Source: an uncultured virus (IMG/VR IMGVR_UViG_3300032299_001001)
Lineage: Duplodnaviria > Heunggongvirae > Uroviricota > Caudoviricetes
Strand: one strand, 5' to 3'
IMG/VR virus record: IMGVR_UViG_3300032299_001001
Location: 46,434 to 66,433 of that record
Length of the DNA: 20,000 nucleotides
This document shows, piece by piece, positions 7,167 to 14,789 of this stretch (positions are counted from its first letter, which is position 1; every line of letters begins with the position of its first letter). The translations under genes and the position numbers were made by a program. The notes below the pieces were generated by a model. It saw only the letters and a program-made list of their open reading frames with translations. It did no database searches and was not told where the DNA came from.

Positions 7167-8899
7167 AATTGCACTCCAGTGAACCAACTAACTCCGTTGT
7201 CAGACCTGACAGCGGCATTCTGATCGCCAAAAAAGTTCACTCTTACGGTTACTACATCGTTTTCCTCCATAGGTATGATTCCAAATACCTGTGCCTGTCC
7301 TTGCGTCCCGTCAAAAGTTCCTGTGTAAAAAGCTCGCACTCTCAGATTGTTAACGTAAATCCCAAGCTCAACCTGCGTATCCGAAGGAAGATCGTAATAG
7401 ATTGCGGCGTTAAAGGCATACAGGCCCGCCTTTCCTGTTGGCACGACAAAACGATTATTTGCCACGTCAAATCCTCCAGTCGTATCGAATCCTGAGTTTG
7501 CCCACTGAACTAAACCTGCATTAGATCCTGTAGCAGGTTCGCGACTGAAGCCTCCTGAAGATCCCGTAGCCGCAAGCTGCCCTCCCGAAATGCTCAAGCC
7601 GCCGCCAATCGAAGTCCACTTGAGGTCATAATTAGAGTCTGAATCTGGAACAACGGCTAACACTTGGTTCGGGCCATTTGGCGGACTCAAAGATTGCAAA
7701 CAGCCCTGATTTGCGACAGTCATGGAATTAGTCCACGAATAATTCCACACTGGCGTCACCGATTTTTGGCTAACCGCGCTTGGGCCACCCCCCGTTATTT
7801 GGGAAAGCAAAGCGATGCTCACGTAATCGCCGTCGCTATTTGAAGTAGTTTGGACAATCTTAAAACTACTCAAGTGACCCCCAGTTGTAGGTCGGAAAGA
7901 GAAATTTATAGTCGGACCCAATACCGCAGTCTGCGCGATTAAGTTTGCCGTGGCGAAACTGCTTGTAGTTGCGGTCCAGAGTTCAAGCTGCTCTGGGCCG
8001 GAAGCTGCATTTCCAGTGGAAGGATAATCAACAACATAAGCGTATTGCGTTCCGCCTGCGGTGAAAAACTGCATTACCTTGCGCGAACCTCCTCCTTGCA
8101 CCGGAACAGTGCCGCCTGACTGTGCAAACTGAGGCGCGGTAGGCTGGCCTGTCGGAGAGGTGACGCCAATATTGTCGTAAGAATAATATCGCCTCAACGT
8201 AGCCAGTGCTTGGCTACCAAAATACGGCAAAGTCGGGCTGTAACGCAGCGTTACAAAGACTTGATCGTTATTGTCGGAGGCCGACCATTCAAGTTGGTTC
8301 TGGAAATACTTGAGGTTTAATTGATTGTCTCTTGACGGTTTCAGCACGAGTGTGCCGCCTAACTGAACACGCGGTATGCTTGTTCTAATGTCAGGTAGAC
8401 CTAAACGAAACAGTTGGGCAAAATCTTCGTCCAGATTAAAATATGGAACCGGAGTCGTGGCGCTAAATTCTGGCGGATCGAACGTGGTGGTGGCAACCGC
8501 ACTGTCCAGCTTGTTTTTATCGGCAACCGAAAGAAACCCGGCTGCTAACGCGGTTGCGTCGGGGTGGGTATGAACCGTCGGAGCAGCGCCAACATCAGTC
8601 GCGTCGAGTGTGACCGCGCCGGTCTCGCCGTTGACCGAAGTCACTGGGTAGTCGCCGCCATATTCCCAGTCTGTCGCCAGCCCAGCATTGTTGCGTCGAA
8701 TATAAATACCCGCTTGCCGTCTGTTTACCAGCCAGACGCCGGTAGAATCCCGCACGAGATATGCGGCCCCGATGGCAGGATCGCCGACCGTAACGGGTAA
8801 ATCGGCAAAGGTGGGGACTTCACCCTCGAAAACTACGGTGCCCCCTCCCGACCCAACGAGATCGAGGTTTCCGGTAAAGGGGTTGAAGCTCCAACTCAT
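7163..8899 (-). CDS. Fibre/receptor-binding protein with C-terminal C1q-like domain
   Basis: N-terminal FNPFTGNLD, VTSVNGETGAVTL and HTH..A...AGFLS..DK.KLD fibre motifs. C-terminus FDVANNRFVVP..AGLYAF...SWFTGVQL matches the C1q/TNF-like signature. Confidence 0.8.
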   Translation of the reverse strand: MSWSFNPFTGNLDLVGSGGGTVVFEGEVPTFADLPVTVGDPAIGAAYLVRDSTGVWLVNRRQAGIYIRRNNAGLATDWEYGGDYPVTSVNGETGAVTLDATDVGAAPTVHTHPDATALAAGFLSVADKNKLDSAVATTTFDPPEFSATTPVPYFNLDEDFAQLFRLGLPDIRTSIPRVQLGGTLVLKPSRDNQLNLKYFQNQLEWSASDNNDQVFVTLRYSPTLPYFGSQALATLRRYYSYDNIGVTSPTGQPTAPQFAQSGGTVPVQGGGSRKVMQFFTAGGTQYAYVVDYPSTGNAASGPEQLELWTATTSSFATANLIAQTAVLGPTINFSFRPTTGGHLSSFKIVQTTSNSDGDYVSIALLSQITGGGPSAVSQKSVTPVWNYSWTNSMTVANQGCLQSLSPPNGPNQVLAVVPDSDSNYDLKWTSIGGGLSISGGQLAATGSSGGFSREPATGSNAGLVQWANSGFDTTGGFDVANNRFVVPTGKAGLYAFNAAIYYDLPSDTQVELGIYVNNLRVRAFYTGTFDGTQGQAQVFGIIPMEENDVVTVRVNFFGDQNAAVRSDNGVSWFTGVQL

Positions 8900-9133
8900 C
8901 TAGCTCTTCAGAACTCGGGTGAGATTAGTTCCGGTGTAGGAGAAGTTGCGGGTCTCGACGATCTGGCCGTTCAACTTATACTCTACCTTCGTCAGGTTGC
9001 TCCCCGCGTAGGTAAGCGCAATGTCGTCCCAGGTCGGGTTGGTGCCGTAGAGCACCGAATTGATCTTCTGGAGCGACCGCTCGGTGTAGTCCTCACGCAG
9101 GGGCGTGTCTCCTTCTGGATAATAAGCTGGCAT
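8900..9133 (-). CDS. Small virion adaptor-like protein (77 aa)
   Basis: Shared MPAYYPEG N-terminal module fused to a beta-repeat WDDIALTYAGSNLTKVEYK...FSYTGTNLTRVLKS. Confidence 0.7.
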   Translation of the reverse strand: MPAYYPEGDTPLREDYTERSLQKINSVLYGTNPTWDDIALTYAGSNLTKVEYKLNGQIVETRNFSYTGTNLTRVLKS

Positions 9134-9137
9134 ATTA

Positions 9138-9350
9138 TTACTTAATACTCCGGTTCACGGACCTCGGCAACACGGCCAGGTTACTGGAGTGGTTGCTCAT
9201 TCCGTTTTTATGGTGCACGTCCTTGCCGTCGCCTTTAGAGACGCGGCCGGCACGCTCCATCTTACGACGGGCGGCGTTGCGCTGGGCACGACGCTTCTTC
9301 TGCTCGGGGGACGAGTGGTAAAGATATTCCTGTGCGTAGTCTCTTGGCAT
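9138..9350 (-). CDS. Small HNH endonuclease-like protein
   Basis: Basic N-terminus and DGKDVHHKNG...SNLAVLPRSVNRS HNH-type motif. Confidence 0.75.
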   Translation of the reverse strand: MPRDYAQEYLYHSSPEQKKRRAQRNAARRKMERAGRVSKGDGKDVHHKNGMSNHSSNLAVLPRSVNRSIK

Positions 9351-9353
9351 AGG

Positions 9354-11666
9354 TCACATCGGTTGCGCCGGACCAATCTTCGCAGCGGTCTGGGCATCTT
9401 TGAGGGCGAGATCCTGCATCGTCTTGGCTTGCTTGGTCTGCATATCGACTTGGTGCTTCTCGATCTGCATCTGGAGCTTCGCTCTGCGTTCGGCCAAGTC
9501 GGCTTGGGCCTTCGGACTTAGCATCTGGGCATCGGCCAACTGACGCTCCATGTCGGCGATGCGAGCTTGCTCGGCTTCGATGGCGCGAGCTTGCTCGGCC
9601 TCTTGGGCTTTGGCTTGCTGCTCGGCGGCGGCTTGCAACTCATCGGCGAGTCGCTGGCCGGAAGCGTTCAACTGCTGGAACCGTTGGCGCATGAGCCCAA
9701 TCTGGTCCTGACGGGCAACATCGGGAGCGAGCAATTCCAAGTGTTCACCGAGATGCGGCAACATCGTCTGGTAAGCGGCGAGCGCGGCGGCAGGGTCGGC
9801 CTGACCTTGCGAGATCGCTTGGTCGAGACCGTCGAGCGCCGTCAGGTGACGCGAAGCGTGGATGAAGTGGTTCTCGCCGGAGGAGACGGGCAGCGCCGTG
9901 CCAGCCGACATCGTGGCATTCTCCAAGAGCGCGATCTTGTCATCGATCGGGGTGCGGAGCGTGGTCGCAGGCGAGGGCAGATAGCGGTCGACCACTTCCT
10001 GCCCAAAGCGGGCGGCAATGCGGTCGCGCAAGAGATTGACCCGACCCATCTCGTCCAAGGAACCGAAGATCTGCATCGTCTCATCGATAGCGGCCGAGCG
10101 CATCCCAGGGCTTCCGTAACCAATGGCGCGAACGGGCTCGACTGTAGAGAAACGATGGATCGCTTCGGTCGGCACTCCGCGGGCCAAGCAACGCCTCTTG
10201 AAGTCGACGGCTTCGCGACCGCCGGGTTCATTGGCAGCATAATCACGAGCCGCGAGTCGGCGGTAGGCTTCCCGAAGGAGACGTTTCCACGGGTGGTAGA
10301 AAAGATTGATCGCCGCGGCACCGAGCACGGCTTCTTGCTGCAACTGGGCACGAACCTCATACGCAGTGCGGCTTTGACCATCCGGAGTGATCGAGCGGGA
10401 CTGGTAGCCGATCGTCCGGTTCTGCATGTTCATGGTGAGGTCGTTCAAGACCGGCATGAGGTTCTGGTTGTAGTTCGGGATCGCCTTCTCGACGATCTTC
10501 AGCCCCGGAGGAAAGAGTGCGTAGGGGCCGTAGTAGGAAAGGGTCAGGTCTTCGAGGGCGCGGGAACCATTGTCGCCGGGCTGGACGATCAGGGCCGAGG
10601 AGAGCAACGCACCATCGACCATGCCGCAGCGCAGACGATTCAAAAGCTGGATGTGTGGATACACCTTGTATCCAAGCCCGCGGATGCCGTGGTAGGTGCC
10701 GTTGCCGACGCCATAGCAAAAAGTAACGAAGCAATTCGTCGGGGCGGCGAAACGATTCGGGCGCTTGAAGAGGAAGTCCTCTTCCTTGGCGTTCTCGTCC
10801 GAGCCGATCGGATCCTTGAGGAACATGAGGTGACTGACCTTGCCGTCGAACTCGCGCACCCACATGTGGACGACATGGACTTTCTTGCCACGGCTATTGC
10901 CGTAAAGGAGGTCGTTATTTTTAAGTTCGACTTCGAGCTTCTCCCACTCGCCGGCCTCTTGAAACGAACTGTCGCGGCAAGCGCGGATCAACGCCTGTTT
11001 CACCATCTTCACGTTCCATCCGAGGTCTTTAGCCACGGAGGGATCTTCGATGAATTTGTAAAGCTGGTGGGCTTGGTATTCGCGATCAACCGTGGCGACC
11101 TCGATCTCCCACTCGGAAGCGCGTGTTCCACGCGGCAACCGGAACTCGGAGAGCCCGGCCACACGCCAACGCCAGTCGACCTCGTCCTCAAAATAACAAA
11201 CCCCGACGCCATGCGAGACGAACTGGTCGGCAAGCATCTGGTGATTGAACTCGAATTCCTGCCACTCTTTGAGGGTCCGCGTGAATTCCTCGGCGAGGAT
11301 GCGCTCCCACTCGACCTTCTGCTCGGGGGAACCGTAATCGATCGAGATACGAGCCAAGACATCGACGGACGATGTGAGGTCGTAGTATCCGGCGAGGGCT
11401 TGTTCTTTCAGGGCGGCAGCTTCGCCGAAATCGAGGTTCGTGCGCTCACCTTGGCCCATCTCGATGAGGTCTTGCTGATTGAAGGGGGCGGCACCATTGA
11501 ACATCGCGTCAACTAGGGCGCGGTTTTTACTGGAGCCTTGGTCGGAATCCTTGATCGCTTTGTAGATCGATCGAGCCGAATTGACGTTGTCGACGCGCAT
11601 CTTCGGAGCCTTTCCGTTTTCGTCGAGGCCGAGGATTTCAAGAGGGGCTAGTTCGGAATTTGTCAT
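9354..11666 (-). CDS. Portal protein (putative, P22-like with C-terminal coiled-coil barrel)
   Basis: 770 aa, helical, with a long Q/A/E coiled-coil C-terminus. Largest gene between terminase and scaffold/capsid. Confidence 0.8.
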   Translation of the reverse strand: MTNSELAPLEILGLDENGKAPKMRVDNVNSARSIYKAIKDSDQGSSKNRALVDAMFNGAAPFNQQDLIEMGQGERTNLDFGEAAALKEQALAGYYDLTSSVDVLARISIDYGSPEQKVEWERILAEEFTRTLKEWQEFEFNHQMLADQFVSHGVGVCYFEDEVDWRWRVAGLSEFRLPRGTRASEWEIEVATVDREYQAHQLYKFIEDPSVAKDLGWNVKMVKQALIRACRDSSFQEAGEWEKLEVELKNNDLLYGNSRGKKVHVVHMWVREFDGKVSHLMFLKDPIGSDENAKEEDFLFKRPNRFAAPTNCFVTFCYGVGNGTYHGIRGLGYKVYPHIQLLNRLRCGMVDGALLSSALIVQPGDNGSRALEDLTLSYYGPYALFPPGLKIVEKAIPNYNQNLMPVLNDLTMNMQNRTIGYQSRSITPDGQSRTAYEVRAQLQQEAVLGAAAINLFYHPWKRLLREAYRRLAARDYAANEPGGREAVDFKRRCLARGVPTEAIHRFSTVEPVRAIGYGSPGMRSAAIDETMQIFGSLDEMGRVNLLRDRIAARFGQEVVDRYLPSPATTLRTPIDDKIALLENATMSAGTALPVSSGENHFIHASRHLTALDGLDQAISQGQADPAAALAAYQTMLPHLGEHLELLAPDVARQDQIGLMRQRFQQLNASGQRLADELQAAAEQQAKAQEAEQARAIEAEQARIADMERQLADAQMLSPKAQADLAERRAKLQMQIEKHQVDMQTKQAKTMQDLALKDAQTAAKIGPAQPM

Positions 11667-12418
11667 TTTTGCAGGGCTTCGATAAGTGAGCCGTCTTTAC
11701 AACCGTGGACGACGGCGGCGTTGGTCGGCACAGGGCCGTAGACCGATTTGTCGTCGATCGGATCGCAGTAGATGCGCCCGTCTTCATCGATCTCGTAGTT
11801 CTTGGTGCGCCAGTTGTTGTGTATCAACTGTGATACCGCGGTGTTCGGGCGCATCTCGTGGCGGAGGTAAACGTCGAAGGGCTCGACATTCGGGCCGTCG
11901 TCGGTGCGGACATAGCTCCACAAGAGCGAGCGGGTCGGAAAGTCAGCCGGATAGACACAGGTGCCGATGACATGCTCGCCGTCGACTTTGACGAATTCGC
12001 CGGTCTTACGATCCAGCATCCGGGTCACTTGGGTGGCTCCCAAGAAAGGCTTCTGGGCTTGGTTGTATTCGGTCTCGATCGCGTCGAGCCAATCCTCGCG
12101 GATCGGGGTGTTGTCGGCCTCGAACCAATACCAAGTGTCCTTATTCCCGCTGTGCTGGAGGTGGCGCACGGTGCGAGCCCAAAGGTGGTTGGCCGATTGG
12201 GGCCAGCCGAGTTCGCACTCGCTATCAGGAATAAAGAGATCGGCCGAGGCAAAGCTCGGGGCCAGGCTCTCTTTCAAAGAGGCGGCTTCGTCTTTCGTAT
12301 TGTAGGCCCCGACGACGAGCAGCTTGTGCCGGGAAAGGTTCCCCAAAAGGGCCATGTGCCCGGCCAGCTTGGTGGCGAGCTTGAGGTCGACTTGGGAAAC
12401 AGGCAGGACGAGGAGCAT
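11663..12418 (-). CDS. Glycosyltransferase-like protein (GT-A fold, putative)
   Basis: N-terminal beta strand LLVLPV, GWP..AN, WYWFEADNTPI (DxD-like EAD after a hydrophobic strand), PFLG, late HGCKD. Stop overlaps the portal start (ATGA). Confidence 0.55.
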   Translation of the reverse strand: MLLVLPVSQVDLKLATKLAGHMALLGNLSRHKLLVVGAYNTKDEAASLKESLAPSFASADLFIPDSECELGWPQSANHLWARTVRHLQHSGNKDTWYWFEADNTPIREDWLDAIETEYNQAQKPFLGATQVTRMLDRKTGEFVKVDGEHVIGTCVYPADFPTRSLLWSYVRTDDGPNVEPFDVYLRHEMRPNTAVSQLIHNNWRTKNYEIDEDGRIYCDPIDDKSVYGPVPTNAAVVHGCKDGSLIEALQK

Positions 12419-12432
12419 GGTTTACGGAGTTA

Positions 12433-12825
12433 TTACTTTAACACAGTGTCGAGCAAATCCCAATTATCGGGCTGACGGTGCAGCCGCGGCGAATAGCAAA
12501 TCTTCTTCCTCTTCTTAATCTCGTCAAATCGCCAGAGGACGAACTGCTTCAAGTCGGGGAGCCAAGCGGCGAGAATCTGGAAGTCGCCGCGAGCATAAGC
12601 CTTCTTGGTTTTCTTACCGCGGCTCGTCATCACTCCGTAGTTATTGCGGTGCGGGTTAAAGGTCGCGGTTTTTACCTGAACACTGATGGGTCGTTTCGGG
12701 GGACGGAGAATAACGAGGTCGGCGGCATGGGCATGACCGAGCGGCACGTAGACTTTCCAGCCACGCCCATCGGCTTCATAAATAAACCTCACCTCGGCCG
12801 AGGTGCCTTTTTCACAGTCAGTCAT
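12433..12825 (-). CDS. PD-(D/E)XK family endonuclease
   Basis: G..AE..F, ADLVI, SVQVKT and Y...DF motifs of PDDEXK_5-type nucleases. Confidence 0.8.
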   Translation of the reverse strand: MTDCEKGTSAEVRFIYEADGRGWKVYVPLGHAHAADLVILRPPKRPISVQVKTATFNPHRNNYGVMTSRGKKTKKAYARGDFQILAAWLPDLKQFVLWRFDEIKKRKKICYSPRLHRQPDNWDLLDTVLK

Positions 12826-13796
12826 GCAGCAACGGCGTGGACTAGAGGAGCCACTTTGCCGAAGATTTCAAAAGTCGAGTTGCGCCGGACGAGATGCGGT
12901 ATGCGGAGGGCGTTTTGCCGATCGACCTCTTGAGCCGCTTGTTCTTCGGTGGAATGGCGGTCGGTCTTGTAGAGGTGGCGGGTCGCGGCACGGTGGCTCT
13001 TGAGCGTGACACGCTCGCCCGTGCTGCGTGAGACCACTTGCCAATCTCCGGGCGGGAGCACATTGCGGTCGACATCCGGCGGAGGAATGAACGGCGGGAT
13101 CTCAAAGTGGGATATCCCACCGTCATAACAATAGGTGCCGTCTTTTCGCGGGTAGAGACAGTCCGGCGTCCAAAGGCAGGTCTCCTGGATGAAGGGCACC
13201 CCGAGACCAATGGCCAAGCCCATCGGGGATGACTGGTTGCCGATGAAAAGATCAGACCCCGCAATCAGCTTGGCTAGTTCGAGGTAGTCGTTGGTCACGG
13301 CATATTCCGCGTGGACTGAGGTCACTTTGCGGAGTTCTTCGACCTCCTGCGGCAACCCGACAAAGAGCATCTTCGTGCCGAGCTTTTCGCCTATGAGATC
13401 CCACCGGAAGTAAGGGTTGTGGTAGCGCGGACTGCGGTGACAGACGACCCGTCCCCGAGCCCGCACCGAGGGGGAAACTTTCAGCCAAGGATCGGGCACC
13501 GCGTTGGCGCTGACCCAATCACTTTGCAGTTCCATCAAGCTGACCCCGTAGATCAACCCACCATTACGAAAGGTGGAGAAATTAACGCAGTGCTCGTTGG
13601 CTGGCGCATCCCCGTGAATCACCTTGCCGACGTAGTCCTGGGCTTCCAAAAGCGGACGCAACACCGCCGCCCGTTGCTCGGTCATCTTCGCCGTCCAAGG
13701 CCGCGAGTTGAGATACAGATTCCCGCGCCCGAGTTCCCTCATCGAGGGCAGCGCGTAGAGGACATCCCCTAAGTCTCCGGAGTGGAAATAATTCAC
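12822..13796 (-). CDS. Glycosyltransferase family 9-like (heptosyltransferase-like, GT-B) with C-terminal extension
   Basis: HSGDLGDVLYALP N-terminus and LELAKLIAGSDLFIGNQSSPMGLAIGLGVP, matching the GT9 consensus DLFIGNDSGPMHLAAALGVP. Confidence 0.8.
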   Translation of the reverse strand: MNYFHSGDLGDVLYALPSMRELGRGNLYLNSRPWTAKMTEQRAAVLRPLLEAQDYVGKVIHGDAPANEHCVNFSTFRNGGLIYGVSLMELQSDWVSANAVPDPWLKVSPSVRARGRVVCHRSPRYHNPYFRWDLIGEKLGTKMLFVGLPQEVEELRKVTSVHAEYAVTNDYLELAKLIAGSDLFIGNQSSPMGLAIGLGVPFIQETCLWTPDCLYPRKDGTYCYDGGISHFEIPPFIPPPDVDRNVLPPGDWQVVSRSTGERVTLKSHRAATRHLYKTDRHSTEEQAAQEVDRQNALRIPHLVRRNSTFEIFGKVAPLVHAVAA

Positions 13797-14296
13797 GGGG
13801 TCTTCTGGATGCCGCGCATCACTGACTTGATGAAATCGGGCGATTCCTTCTCCTCAAGCATCGCAGCAATCCGAGCCGCCTCGGCCTTCTGCTCCGGAGT
13901 AACGCCCGGCACTTTATCGACCCCGATCCGCGAAATGATCGACTTCTTGAACGCAAGATCATCTTCCGCGTAAGCCTTGCTCGCTTCGTCCTTGCCGAAC
14001 TCTTTTTTGCGCCACTCCTGCTGCTCTTCAGAAAGCTCGAACTCAGGCGTGTATCCAGTCTCTTCCATCAAGTGCCGGGCCGCTTCGATTTTGAGAAGAC
14101 CCTGCATCTTGTTCGGGTCGGCCATGTTACGGTTGAACGGGTTGGCCACGATTACCCGCGGCTCTTTGGGGTCACTTCCATTGAGTCCTGCGCCCCACGC
14201 CAAACCAGCGGTATTTGTATTCTTGCGGAACCACTCGGTCAGCCCGAGTTCGTCGGCTGTCTTGACCGGATACCCGTATGAAGTTCCCAGCGGCAT
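13793..14296 (-). CDS. Hypothetical protein (possible degenerate zincin-like fold)
   Basis: Likely start ATG 14296 (TAATG overlap with the upstream stop). Contains AG.A...IVANP...IEAARH. Confidence 0.65.
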   Translation of the reverse strand: MPLGTSYGYPVKTADELGLTEWFRKNTNTAGLAWGAGLNGSDPKEPRVIVANPFNRNMADPNKMQGLLKIEAARHLMEETGYTPEFELSEEQQEWRKKEFGKDEASKAYAEDDLAFKKSIISRIGVDKVPGVTPEQKAEAARIAAMLEEKESPDFIKSVMRGIQKTP

Positions 14297-14481
14297 TATA
14301 CCCAATCGTCGTTAGCTTCTTCGCGTGTTTCGGTCTCGTCCTGTTGGAACATGGTGTCCTCCTTGGACAACACCTCAGTCACCGCATCGACGGCCTGAAG
14401 CCAATCCGGCGCGGTCAGCGAAATCATCCGCAGCGGTGGCGCATTCTTCCGCAACTCCTCAACTGTGACGCGATACGACAT
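14296..14481 (-). CDS. Small hypothetical protein (61 aa)
   Basis: Fills the gap, is preceded by a promoter-like sequence and is coupled to the next gene by TAATG. Confidence 0.6.
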   Translation of the reverse strand: MSYRVTVEELRKNAPPLRMISLTAPDWLQAVDAVTEVLSKEDTMFQQDETETREEANDDWV

Positions 14482-14490
14482 TGTGCGGTT

Positions 14491-14519
14491 ATTATACCGC
14501 TAGATCAGTTCACAACCAA
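14491..14519 (-). promoter_or_regulatory. Sigma70-like internal promoter
   Basis: TTGGTT (14519-14514), 17-nt spacer, TATAAT (14496-14491), 9 nt before ATG 14481. Confidence 0.5.
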
Positions 14520-14785
14520 ACGCGGCGTTGCTGCGTCGGCGTGATGGCATACTCTGCCGCCGGATCTGGCCGGTCGTCAGTCACGCGCAGGTTGAGGTGC
14601 CAGCCGTCGAGCAGCGTGCTGACTGGATTCTCGGGGTCGCTGTTGTCTACGTCTGCCAGCAGGCCCACGGGATCAAGCGCATAGCCCTCGCCGCTGGTTT
14701 TCCAGCCGTTCTCGGCATCGTAGTAATCGGCCATCGCGGCTTGCGCTGTGGCCTCGTCGGGGAATTTGTAGAGGTAGTCCGTCAT
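14510..14785 (-). CDS. Small partner/chaperone of the head-spike fibre
   Basis: DYLYKFPDEATA...DPVG...GWHLNLR...TP....RVW, a pattern I recall downstream of FTRAS-type fibre genes. Confidence 0.65.
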   Translation of the reverse strand: MTDYLYKFPDEATAQAAMADYYDAENGWKTSGEGYALDPVGLLADVDNSDPENPVSTLLDGWHLNLRVTDDRPDPAAEYAITPTQQRRVWL

Positions 14786-14789
14786 GGCT

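Noticed and set aside
7163..7560. Diversity-generating retroelement target in the fibre tip
   Set aside because: No reverse transcriptase and no template/variable repeat pair seen in the window.
9567..11516. 649-aa plus-strand ORF
   Set aside because: Antisense shadow of the portal gene caused by GC-rich codon bias; no recognisable motifs.
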